DNA of 64,000 bases. It comes from an uncultured Solirubrobacterales bacterium (GTDB lineage: Bacteria; Actinomycetota; Thermoleophilia; Solirubrobacterales; 70-9). The translations under genes were made by a program, and so were the position numbers. This document shows, piece by piece, positions 52,525-60,188 of this stretch (within the stretch, counting starts at the first letter, position 1; every line of letters starts with the position of its first letter). The notes below the pieces were generated by a model. It ran no database searches and was not told where the DNA came from. It was given only the letters and a program-made list of their open reading frames with translations. The DNA is taken from positions 12,995 through 76,994 of the forward strand of contig CAVTKC010000003.1 of the NCBI GenBank assembly GCA_963735255.1, read 5' to 3'.

Positions 52525-53479
52525 CGACCTGCCGCTCCAGCAGCTCGCCGGCGGCGGTCGCCGGGTCGAGCTCGCGCCGCACCACCCGCTCCAGCAGCTC
52601 CGCCGTGCGCGGGTCTTCCGCCGCCGTCGCTTCGAGCTTGCGCCGCATCCGCGAGGTCGCGATCCCGAGCACCTCGCTGCGCAGGTTGCGGGCGCGGCGC
52701 TCGGCCAGGGTCCCCCGCTCCTCGATGAATTCGCGATGGGCGGCGATCTGCTCCGCCAGCTCCTCCACCCCCTCTCCGCGCGAGGCCTCGGTGCGCAGGA
52801 TCGGCACCTTCCAGCTCTCGGGGTCGTGGGAGAGGGCCAGCACGCCGCGCACCTCGCGCACCATCGTGTCGGTCATCGGGTGGTCGGCCTTGTTGACGAC
52901 GATCACGTCGGGGATCTCCATCACCCCCGCCTTCAAAGCCTGGATCGAGTCGCCGGAGCCCGGCATCAGCGCCAGCACGATCGTGTCGGCATGGTCGACG
53001 ATGTCGATCTCCGCCTGACCGACGCCGACGGTCTCGATCAGGACGTCGTCCTTGCCGGCCGCGTCCATCACCAGCGCCACCTGCAATGCCGCCTCCGAGA
53101 GACCGCCGAGGGCGCCGCGCGAGGCCATCGAGCGGATGAAGACGCCGGGGTCGAGGAAGTGGTCGGAGAGCCGCACCCGGTCGCCGAGCAGGGCGCCGTG
53201 GGTAAAAGGGCTCGAGGGGTCGATCGAGAGCACCGCGACCGCGCGGTCGGTCTTGCGCAGCTCCGCCGTCAGCGCCCCGATCAGGGTGCTCTTGCCGACC
53301 CCTGGCGGGCCGGTGAAGCCGACGATCCGGGCCTTGCCGGTGCGGGGGTAGACCTCGCGCACCAGCTCCCAGCCCGCCGGGTCGTCGGACTCGATCAGCG
53401 TGATCGCCCGCGCCAGGGCGCGCTTGTCGCCGGCAATGAGGCGCTCGGCGAGCGGTGCGGATTTGGCGACGTCGGCCAC
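52517..53479 (-). CDS. meaB: Methylmalonyl-CoA mutase-associated G-protein chaperone MeaB/ArgK
   Basis: GFTGPPGVGKSTLIGAL (P-loop)...IETVGVGQAE...VVNKAD. GTG start at 53479. Confidence 0.92.
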   Translation of the reverse strand: MADVAKSAPLAERLIAGDKRALARAITLIESDDPAGWELVREVYPRTGKARIVGFTGPPGVGKSTLIGALTAELRKTDRAVAVLSIDPSSPFTHGALLGDRVRLSDHFLDPGVFIRSMASRGALGGLSEAALQVALVMDAAGKDDVLIETVGVGQAEIDIVDHADTIVLALMPGSGDSIQALKAGVMEIPDVIVVNKADHPMTDTMVREVRGVLALSHDPESWKVPILRTEASRGEGVEELAEQIAAHREFIEERGTLAERRARNLRSEVLGIATSRMRRKLEATAAEDPRTAELLERVVRRELDPATAAGELLERQVDG

Positions 53480-53496
53480 GGGCGGGCCAGTCTAAA

Positions 53497-54156
53497 GTGC
53501 GGCCCGCCGTGATCCGCTTCCTCGTCCGCCACCGGATGCTCAACCATCGCTATGGGCTGCTGCTCTGGCGCTACTCGTGGCGGCGGCTGCTGACCCGGGC
53601 CGGGCGGCGCTGGCGCACCGACGGCTTCGTCTTCCTCGGCCGCCGGCTCGAACTGCAGATCGGCGACAAGGCCGAGATTCGCTTCGGCCGCTTCGTCTGG
53701 ATCGGCGACGGCTCGAAGATCCGCTGCCACGAGGGCGAGGTCGAGATCGGGGCCAAAACGGTGATGGGCCAGGAATGCACGATCTCCGCCTACCAACGGG
53801 TGCGAATCGGTGCCGAGTGCGTGATCGCCGACCGGGCGATGTTCATCGACTTCGACCACGGCGTCGTCGAGGTCGAGCGCCCGATCCGCCTCCAGGGCAT
53901 CTACATGCGCGACGTCGAGGTCGGCTCCAACGTCTGGATCGGCTACGGCGCCTGCGTCCTGCGCGGCGTCAGCGTCGGCGACAACGCGATCGTCGGCACC
54001 AACTCGGTGGTGACCAAGGATGTGCCGGCGAACGCGGTGGTCGGAGGCATCCCGGCCCGGATCATCCGCATGCGCGACGCGCCGAGCGAGCTGCGCTGGC
54101 CGGACCCGGTCGAGCCCGACCCGGCGGCGCACACCACGCTGCAGCCCCCTGGTTAG
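53497..54156 (+). CDS. Left-handed beta-helix (hexapeptide) acyl/acetyltransferase
   Basis: IGDGSKIRCHEGEVEIGAKTVMGQECTISA...VGSNVWIGYGACVLRGVSVGDNAIVGTNSVVTKDVPANAVVGGIPAR. Start is GTG 53497 or 53509. Confidence 0.8.
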   Translation: MRPAVIRFLVRHRMLNHRYGLLLWRYSWRRLLTRAGRRWRTDGFVFLGRRLELQIGDKAEIRFGRFVWIGDGSKIRCHEGEVEIGAKTVMGQECTISAYQRVRIGAECVIADRAMFIDFDHGVVEVERPIRLQGIYMRDVEVGSNVWIGYGACVLRGVSVGDNAIVGTNSVVTKDVPANAVVGGIPARIIRMRDAPSELRWPDPVEPDPAAHTTLQPPG

Positions 54157-54185
54157 GGACCGGCGCCCCGGGTACAGGGTCGGCC

Positions 54186-54623
54186 ATGCCCGACTCCGAA
54201 GAGAAGCTCGACGAGAAAGAGGCGGTGAAGCGGCTCAACGCCGCCCTCGCCCTGCAATACCGCTCTGCCCTCCAGTACTCGCTCGCCGCGGCCAGCCTGC
54301 GCGGGATCGAGGCGCAGGCGCTGAGCGAGAAGCTGACCGGGTTCGGCGACGAGGAGCTGAGCGACGCCCGCCGACTGATCGAAAAGATCGTCTCCTTCGA
54401 GGGCGAGCCGACGACCGAGGTCGCCGCGCTGCGCTTCGACACGGTCGCCGAGGACGCCATCCGCTGGCTGGTCGAATGCGAGGAAGAAGCCGTCGACACG
54501 CTGCAAGAGGCAATCGAGCCGACCGGCCGCGAGGGACGCTCGGAGGCACTCGAGCACCTAATGGAGCATCTGATCTTGCGCAAGCAGCATCAGGTGGACT
54601 TCCTCAGCCGCGCGATCGCTTAG
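54186..54623 (+). CDS. Ferritin-like superfamily protein (bacterioferritin-like four-helix bundle, 145 aa)
   Basis: AVKRLNAALALQYRSALQY...EELSDARRLIEKIVSFEGEP...ECEEEAV...EALEHLMEHLILRKQH. The helix pattern resembles Bfr, with only some di-iron ligands recognisable. Confidence 0.6.
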   Translation: MPDSEEKLDEKEAVKRLNAALALQYRSALQYSLAAASLRGIEAQALSEKLTGFGDEELSDARRLIEKIVSFEGEPTTEVAALRFDTVAEDAIRWLVECEEEAVDTLQEAIEPTGREGRSEALEHLMEHLILRKQHQVDFLSRAIA

Positions 54624-54662
54624 CCGCTGGGGGCCACTGGCCAGAGGGGCGGACCGATCGAG

Positions 54663-54698
54663 TTGCGCCTTTGGGTTCTGGCGCAACCCAAAGGCGCA
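54663..54698 (+). terminator. Hairpin after the ferritin-like gene, with two mutually exclusive pairings
   Basis: TGCGCCTTTGGGTT (54664-54677) pairs with AACCCAAAGGCGCA (54685-54698), 14 bp. Alternatively GTTGCGCC (54663-54670) pairs with GGCGCAAC (54680-54687). No U-tract. Confidence 0.4.
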
Positions 54699-54786
54699 GT
54701 TCACCTGAGCGCGACCGGCGAATGATCAACCTGGCGCACCCTCATAGAGACGATCCGTGCCCTCGGGTCCAGCGGAGGCGGCCAAT

Positions 54787-54932
54787 GAGGGGTCCGGTCG
54801 TCCTCCATTCGAATGTCGCGCAGCGGCGATATGCAATCTGTCTCCTGCGCCGCGGCAGCGGCGCACCAACACCCGAGCTAAGCGGCGCAGCCGCGTGCTC
54901 GCCAATTCGAATGGAGGACGACCGGACCCCTC
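54787..54932 (-). repeat. Structured repeat, core subfamily B, copy B2 (solo, reverse orientation)
   Basis: Perfect 24-bp arms GAGGGGTCCGGTCGTCCTCCATTC (54787-54810) and GAATGGAGGACGACCGGACCCCTC (54909-54932). Reverse complement of the core: GAATTGGCGAGCACGCGGCTGCGCCGCTTAGCTCGG..TGCGCCGCTGCCGCGGCGCA..AGATTGCATATCGCCGCTGCGCGACATTC. Confidence 0.88.
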
Positions 54933-55113
54933 CCCCACCAGCCTCAACTCAAGCAACCCCACCGAGGCGCATCGCTGCAATTCCTCTTGCGCGCCCTCTC
55001 GTCACCGAGAGTTTTTGTCTGTAGACGCATAGATTCCGCCCCACGTGCTTCGGCGGGTGGCCCGCGACGGAGCTTTTCCTGTCTCGAATCAGTCGAATTC
55101 GGCTCGGAGGAGC

Positions 55114-55392
55114 ATGCCGCCCGTGGATATCGCCGCTCGTTTTGGGGACAATTTGGTCCGCTGTCGCAAGCAGACCGGGCTCTCTCAGGACGAGCTCAGC
55201 GTGCGTGCCTCGGTGCACCGGACCGAGATCAGCCAGCTCGAGCGCGGGCTGCGGATCGCCCGCATCGACACCCTGATCAAACTCGCCGGCTCGCTGGAAA
55301 TCTCGACGACCGAGCTGCTGGCCGGGATGTCGTGGGAGCCGGGCGGCACCCGCCTCGGCAAGTTCCGCCCGGACGACCCGAGCTGGAACTAG
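55114..55392 (+). CDS. XRE-family helix-turn-helix protein (92 aa)
   Basis: GGAGGAG RBS, then MPPVDIAARFGDNLVRCRKQTGLSQDELSVRASVHRTEISQLERGLRIARIDTLIKLAGSL. Confidence 0.85.
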   Translation: MPPVDIAARFGDNLVRCRKQTGLSQDELSVRASVHRTEISQLERGLRIARIDTLIKLAGSLEISTTELLAGMSWEPGGTRLGKFRPDDPSWN

Positions 55393-55394
55393 CC

Positions 55395-56591
55395 TCAGGC
55401 GGGGTCGAGCTTGGCGCCGGCGAGATCGGCGTAGACCGCCGCGGTCTGCTCGGCGACGTCGCCCCAGTCGAAGCGGCGCAGGTGCTCGTAGGCTTCGGCG
55501 ACGAGGCGGCGCCCGAGCTCGTCGTCGGAGAGGACGCGGATCGCCACCTCGGCCAATGCTTCGGGATCGTGGGCGCGGAAGCGCAACCCGGCCTCCTCGT
55601 GCGGGACGACCTCACGCAGGCCGCCGGTGTCGGCGACGATGCAGGGACAGCCGGAGGCCATCGCCTCGAGCGCGACCAGGCCGAAGGGCTCGTAGATCGA
55701 GGGGACCACGGTGAGGTCGGCGATCCGGTAGAGCGAGTGCAATACGTCGTCGCCGATCCAGCCGAGGAATGTGCCGTGCTCCATCAGGCCCAGCTCCTCG
55801 GCCTGGCGGTGCAGCTCGGCCTCGTGGGTGCCGGAGCCGGCGACAAGGAAGCGCGTGTTCGGCTCCGCTTCCAGTACCCGCGGCATCGCCTCCAGCGCCA
55901 GCTGGAAGCCCTTCTCGTAGACCAGGCGTCCAATCAGCAGGACCAGCTTCTGGTCCGGCGCCGCGAACTCCGAACGCATCCGCTCCAGCTCGGCCGGGTC
56001 CTGGGCCGGCAGGTCGTCGGGGTCGATCCCGTTGGGGATGACGCTGATCCGCTTCTCGGCGACGCCGAAGATGTCGGCGATCTGCTCGCGCATGTAGTGG
56101 CTGCAGGCGATGACCCGCTGGGATCGGTTCGTGATCCAGCGCTCGACCCCGTGGATGTAGGTCTGCGGGTGCTTGTCGACCCAGCCCTGGTGGCGCCCGT
56201 ACTCGGTGGCGTGGATCGTCGTCACCAGGGGTGCTTCGAAGCGCTTGGCGAGGTGGTCGCAGGCGTTGGCGACGAGCCAGTCATGGCCGTGGACGAGGTC
56301 GAAGTCGTAGCGGTCGCCGAGCTCGACCCCGGCGGCGAGCATGTCGGAGTTCATCCGCTCGACCCAGGCGACGAACTCGCCCAGATCCGTGGGCCGCTTC
56401 GGCTCGCGGATGCGGTGGACGACGACGCCGCCCGAGCGCTCTTCGGCGGGCGACTCCTCGCCGCCGCGGGTCAGCACGTGGACCTCGACCTCGCGTTCGA
56501 CCAACGCCTCGGAGAGCTTGCGGACGTGGCGGGCGAGGCCGCCCTCGATCAGCGGCGGGTACTCCCAGGACAGAATCAGGACGCGGATCAT
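55395..56591 (-). CDS. GT4-family alpha-glucosyltransferase (glycogen-synthase-like; Rv3032-like)
   Basis: MIRVLILSWEYPPLIEGGLARHV...HGHDWL...GRLVYEKGF...PSIYEPFGLVALEAMASGCP (E-x7-E). Confidence 0.88.
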   Translation of the reverse strand: MIRVLILSWEYPPLIEGGLARHVRKLSEALVEREVEVHVLTRGGEESPAEERSGGVVVHRIREPKRPTDLGEFVAWVERMNSDMLAAGVELGDRYDFDLVHGHDWLVANACDHLAKRFEAPLVTTIHATEYGRHQGWVDKHPQTYIHGVERWITNRSQRVIACSHYMREQIADIFGVAEKRISVIPNGIDPDDLPAQDPAELERMRSEFAAPDQKLVLLIGRLVYEKGFQLALEAMPRVLEAEPNTRFLVAGSGTHEAELHRQAEELGLMEHGTFLGWIGDDVLHSLYRIADLTVVPSIYEPFGLVALEAMASGCPCIVADTGGLREVVPHEEAGLRFRAHDPEALAEVAIRVLSDDELGRRLVAEAYEHLRRFDWGDVAEQTAAVYADLAGAKLDPA

Positions 56592-56602
56592 CGTCAGCGG
56601 CG

Positions 56603-58009
56603 CTAGGGCTCCAGCAAAGGAGCGAGGCTCAAATCCGGGGCGAGTGATCGCATACGCGGGGTGGCTGCGCCGGAGTCTATGGCCTCCAAGAGCGCGCCCG
56701 CGTGGTCCGTCGCCCGCTGGTAGGCGTAATCGCCCGCCTGGCCGCGCTTGTCGAGGAAGGCCCAGTCGCTCGCCTGCGCCGCCAGCAGCTCCCGCGCCGC
56801 GCGCGCCGCGGCGTCGCCGCGCAGGCCGCCGGAGAGCGCCCGCAGGAGCCGCAGCTCCAGCCGCCGGGCACCCCAGGCGAGATCGGCAACCGGGGGTGAG
56901 TCCCAGGTCCCGAAGTCCTTGTCCTCGCCCCAGCTGGACGCGTGCAGCTCGCGTTCGACCGGCTCGTGCTCGGCCAATGCCCGCGGCACCGTGACCGGCC
57001 GCACCCCGGCCGCCTCGGCGCCCTCGAGGACGGCCCGCAGCCAAACCGGGCCCTCCGACCACCAGTGGCCCAGCAACTCGGTGTCGATCGCGAAGACGAG
57101 CAGGCCGCGGCGCTCGCCGGCGCCGGCGTACTCGCGCAGGCGGGCGGCGGCGGCGGCGAGGAACTCGCCGGCCTGGCGACGAGCGGCGGCCTCCGCGGCA
57201 GCCGGGTCGTACGCCCCTCCGCCCACCTTCCAGAGGCGCAGGCCGCGCAGCGATTTGCCGGCGAACTGGGCGTGCGCCGGGTCGGACGGGTAGCCGTCGA
57301 GGGCCCAGAGCCAGCCGATCGACTCCCAGTCGATCGGCAGCGCCACCGGCCCGGCCGCCGTCCGCACCGGCGCCAATGCCTGCAGCGGCGCCTCGTGGGC
57401 GCTCTGGTCGACGCAGAACCAGCGCACGCCCGCCTCGGCCAGGCGCCACTCCAGGCCGGGTGCGTAGGCGCACTCGGGCAGCCAGAAGCCGCCGTCCCAA
57501 CCGAAGCGCCGGCGGTGCGAGCGGATGCCGGCGTCGAGCTGCAGGCGCTGGCCCTGAGGCGTCGCCAGCAGCGGCAGCACCGCGTGCGTGGCGGAGGAGG
57601 CGGCAAGCGCCACCCGGCCCGCGGCGGCCGCGCTCTGGAAGGCCAGCAACGGGTCGCCGTCGGTCGCGTCGAGGAGCTCGAGGGCGCGGCGGTAGCGGGA
57701 GAGTTCTCCTTCGGCGGCGGGCCGGCACTCGACCGGCACTTCCGGCAAATCGGCCTCGGCGGCGCCGATCCGCCACTCGACCAGGAAGCGCCGCAGCCGC
57801 TCCCGCACCCCGGGGTCCTCGAGCTGGTCGGCGAGCACCGGGGTGACGGTCAGGGTCAGGTCCCGCGCCACGTCCAGCACCGGCAGGTAGGAGCGGATGA
57901 CCGCGTCGAACAGCCACTCCTCGCCGAACGGGTAGGTCCCGAAGCCCTCGACATAGGGCATGTGAGAGTGGAGGACGATCGCCAGATCGCCGACCGTGCG
58001 CTCAGGCAT
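56603..58009 (-). CDS. GH57-family protein (DUF1957 1,4-alpha-glucan branching-enzyme-like; Rv3031-like)
   Basis: LAIVLHSHMPYVEGFGTYPFGEEWLFDAVIRSYLPVL...FWLPECAY...AIDTELLGHWW. Confidence 0.85.
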   Translation of the reverse strand: MPERTVGDLAIVLHSHMPYVEGFGTYPFGEEWLFDAVIRSYLPVLDVARDLTLTVTPVLADQLEDPGVRERLRRFLVEWRIGAAEADLPEVPVECRPAAEGELSRYRRALELLDATDGDPLLAFQSAAAAGRVALAASSATHAVLPLLATPQGQRLQLDAGIRSHRRRFGWDGGFWLPECAYAPGLEWRLAEAGVRWFCVDQSAHEAPLQALAPVRTAAGPVALPIDWESIGWLWALDGYPSDPAHAQFAGKSLRGLRLWKVGGGAYDPAAAEAAARRQAGEFLAAAAARLREYAGAGERRGLLVFAIDTELLGHWWSEGPVWLRAVLEGAEAAGVRPVTVPRALAEHEPVERELHASSWGEDKDFGTWDSPPVADLAWGARRLELRLLRALSGGLRGDAAARAARELLAAQASDWAFLDKRGQAGDYAYQRATDHAGALLEAIDSGAATPRMRSLAPDLSLAPLLEP

Positions 58010-58799
58010 GACAGACGGCGAGGAAGTCCAGCGCCGCGTCGAGGTTCCCTTTCTGGAGAGCGAAGTCGGAGGCGGCGATCGCCGGCGTGAAGCGGTCGTA
58101 GAAGGGCTTGGTCAGGCCGAGGCGCTTGTGCACGCTGTCCCAGCCGAGCTTGATCGCGAGCTCGTGGACGCGCAGCTTGCGGGCGTGGAAGAGGCCGAAC
58201 AGCTCGACCCGGCCGAAGTGGCCCTCGCAGAGGGCGCGGAACTCCTCCGCCCGGTACTCGTGCAGGTGCCAGGGGTTGTCGGACTTCTCGGCCCCGGGGG
58301 GCGCCAGCGTCAGCAGGTTCGGGGTCGAGACGTAGGCGACCCCACCCGGCGCCAGCATCGATTTGAAGTGCTCGAGGATCGCGCCGGCGTCGGCGACGTG
58401 CTCGATCGTCTGCAGGAAGACGACGGCGTCGCAGGGCTCGGCGAAGCTCTCGACCAGGTCGCGCTCGAAGCGCAGATTGGGGCTGGTGTAGCGCAGCCGC
58501 GCGTGCTCGTGCGCCTCCGGGTTGGCATCGACGCCGACGACCGCGGCGGCGTTGCCGGCGAGCACGTTGGAGCCGTAGCCCTCGCCGCAGGCCATGTCGA
58601 CCACCCTCAGGCCGCCGACCCGGGCCGCGATCCACTCGTAGACGACGAGGTGACGCCGGTACCAGTAGTTCTCCTCGGGCACGTCGGGCAGCGTCCGCTC
58701 GCCGGTCAGCGGCAGCGGTGGCACTCCGGGGGGCTGGTTCAGCTGCAGGTACTCCTCCGGCACCCCAGGGACGCTATTGGGGCGTCCCGCTCCGTGCAT
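58002..58799 (-). CDS. Class I SAM-dependent methyltransferase (Rv3030-like position)
   Basis: RVVDMACGEGYGSNVLA (motif I)...DAVVFLQTIEHV. 8-nt overlap with the GH57 start. Confidence 0.85.
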   Translation of the reverse strand: MHGAGRPNSVPGVPEEYLQLNQPPGVPPLPLTGERTLPDVPEENYWYRRHLVVYEWIAARVGGLRVVDMACGEGYGSNVLAGNAAAVVGVDANPEAHEHARLRYTSPNLRFERDLVESFAEPCDAVVFLQTIEHVADAGAILEHFKSMLAPGGVAYVSTPNLLTLAPPGAEKSDNPWHLHEYRAEEFRALCEGHFGRVELFGLFHARKLRVHELAIKLGWDSVHKRLGLTKPFYDRFTPAIAASDFALQKGNLDAALDFLAVCHA

Positions 58800-58828
58800 T
58801 GCGCCTTTCCGCGTAAAGTTCCGCGCCG

Positions 58829-59749
58829 ATGCCAGCCTCCCCGACCGCCACGCCGGAGCACATCAAGGACGTCAACACCCGCTACCACGACGCCGCTGCC
58901 GACGAATACGACGCCAAGTGGGGCATCGACTTCGGCGACACCGGCCAGGAGCAGGTGCGGCTGAAGCTGATCAAGGCGCTCGGCGGCCAACGCGGCCGCT
59001 CTTTCGGCGACGCCCTGGAGATCGGCTCCGGCACCGGCTACTTCTCGCTCAACTTGGTTCAGCTCGGCGTGATCGAGCGGCTGACCGCGACCGACATCTC
59101 GCCGGGGATGCTGAAGCGGCTCGCCGGCACCGCCGAGGAGCTCGGAATCGCCGGCGTCACCACCGTCGCCACCGAGGCCGAGACGCTCCCCTTCGCGGAC
59201 GAGAGCTTCGACCTGGTGCTGGGCCACGCCGTCCTCCACCACATCCCCGACCTCGACCGCGCCTTCGCCGAATTCCGCCGCGTCCTCCGCCCCGGCGGCA
59301 TGATCGCCTTCGCCGGCGAGCCCTCGCGTTACGGCGACCGCCTGGCGGCGCTGCCGAAGCGAGTGGGGATGCTCGCCGCCCCCGCCTGGCGGCGCCTGAC
59401 CGGGGCCCGCGAGCGCGCCGTCGCCGAGGCCGACCTCTCCAACGGCCACTCGCTGGAGGGCGAGGTCGACGTCCACGCCTTCGCCCCCGCCGACCTGCGC
59501 CGCCTGTTGCGCGACGGCGGCTTCGAGCACCGCCACGTCGGCGGCGAGGAGCTGCTCTCCAACGCCTGGGGCTGGGGCCTGCGCACGGTCGAGTCGACCG
59601 CCGAGCCCGACTCGGTCTCCTGGGGTTGGCGCAACTTCGCCTTCCGCAGCTACATCGCCCTGCAGAAGGTCGACACCAAGGTGCTCGAGCCCTACCTCCC
59701 GGCCGAGCTCTTCTACAACCTGCTGGTCTCCGCAAGAAAACCGGCCTAG
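58829..59749 (+). CDS. Class I SAM-dependent methyltransferase (Methyltransf_11-like), divergent from the MT-GH57-GT4 operon
   Basis: ALEIGSGTGYFSLNL (motif I)...FDLVLGHAVLHHIPD...LRPGGMIAFAGEP. Confidence 0.85.
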   Translation: MPASPTATPEHIKDVNTRYHDAAADEYDAKWGIDFGDTGQEQVRLKLIKALGGQRGRSFGDALEIGSGTGYFSLNLVQLGVIERLTATDISPGMLKRLAGTAEELGIAGVTTVATEAETLPFADESFDLVLGHAVLHHIPDLDRAFAEFRRVLRPGGMIAFAGEPSRYGDRLAALPKRVGMLAAPAWRRLTGARERAVAEADLSNGHSLEGEVDVHAFAPADLRRLLRDGGFEHRHVGGEELLSNAWGWGLRTVESTAEPDSVSWGWRNFAFRSYIALQKVDTKVLEPYLPAELFYNLLVSARKPA

Positions 59750-59792
59750 TTGATTCGCGGTGACCGTCGCAGGTTCTCTGGCCTCGGAGGGC

Positions 59793-59920
59793 TGAGGGAG
59801 GGTGCGGGTGTCCCTCTCCCTTGCTGGGATTTTCGCCAGAACAACTGAGTCCGTCCGAGGTGGAGCTCTCGGGCGAAAATCAGGACGCCGCGCGTCCGAG
59901 GGACACCCGCACCCTCCTCA
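59793..59920 (+). repeat. Structured repeat, core family C, copy C1 (forward)
   Basis: Arms AGGGTGCGGGTGTCCCTC (59799-59816) and GAGGGACACCCGCACCCT (59898-59915) are perfect; TGAGG(G) and CCTCA extend them with 1 bulge. The core contains the inner 10-bp stem GATTTTCGCC...GGCGAAAATC. Confidence 0.85.
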
Positions 59921-60033
59921 CGCTTCGAGATCGCTCCAGCTCACGAGGAGCCGGAGGATCGGCGCTCTCAGCTCAAAGGAGCCGCGGCTTGGGCGCTCTT
60001 AGCTGAACTGCCGTACTTCGCGACGCTTGCGTT

Positions 60034-60158
60034 GGGAGGGGTCGGGCACCTCTCGTACGAGCGGCGTCCGATTTTCGCCCGAGAGGCCTCCCTCGGACGG
60101 CCGTTAATAGTTCCTGGCGAAAATCCCAGCGAAGGTAGAGAGGTGCCCGACCCCTCCC
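60034..60158 (-). repeat. Structured repeat, core family C, copy C2 (reverse; convergent with C1)
   Basis: Perfect 21-bp arms GGGAGGGGTCGGGCACCTCTC (60034-60054) and GAGAGGTGCCCGACCCCTCCC (60138-60158). The reverse complement of the core aligns along its full length with C1 (GCTGGGATTTTCGCCAG..CCGTCCGAGG..CTCTCGGGCGAAAATC.GGACGCCGC). Confidence 0.85.
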
Positions 60159-60188
60159 CCACCCAGCCTTCGAAGTACGTCGTCCTGA

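Noticed and set aside
59844-59880. Hammerhead-like fragments in the repeat cores (CTGAGTC ... CGAAAA in C1; TTGAGTC in family A)
   Set aside because: The core CUGANGA box is not satisfied (CTGAGTC has TC where GA is required). No consistent three-stem arrangement around a cleavage site could be drawn. This is probably chance resemblance.
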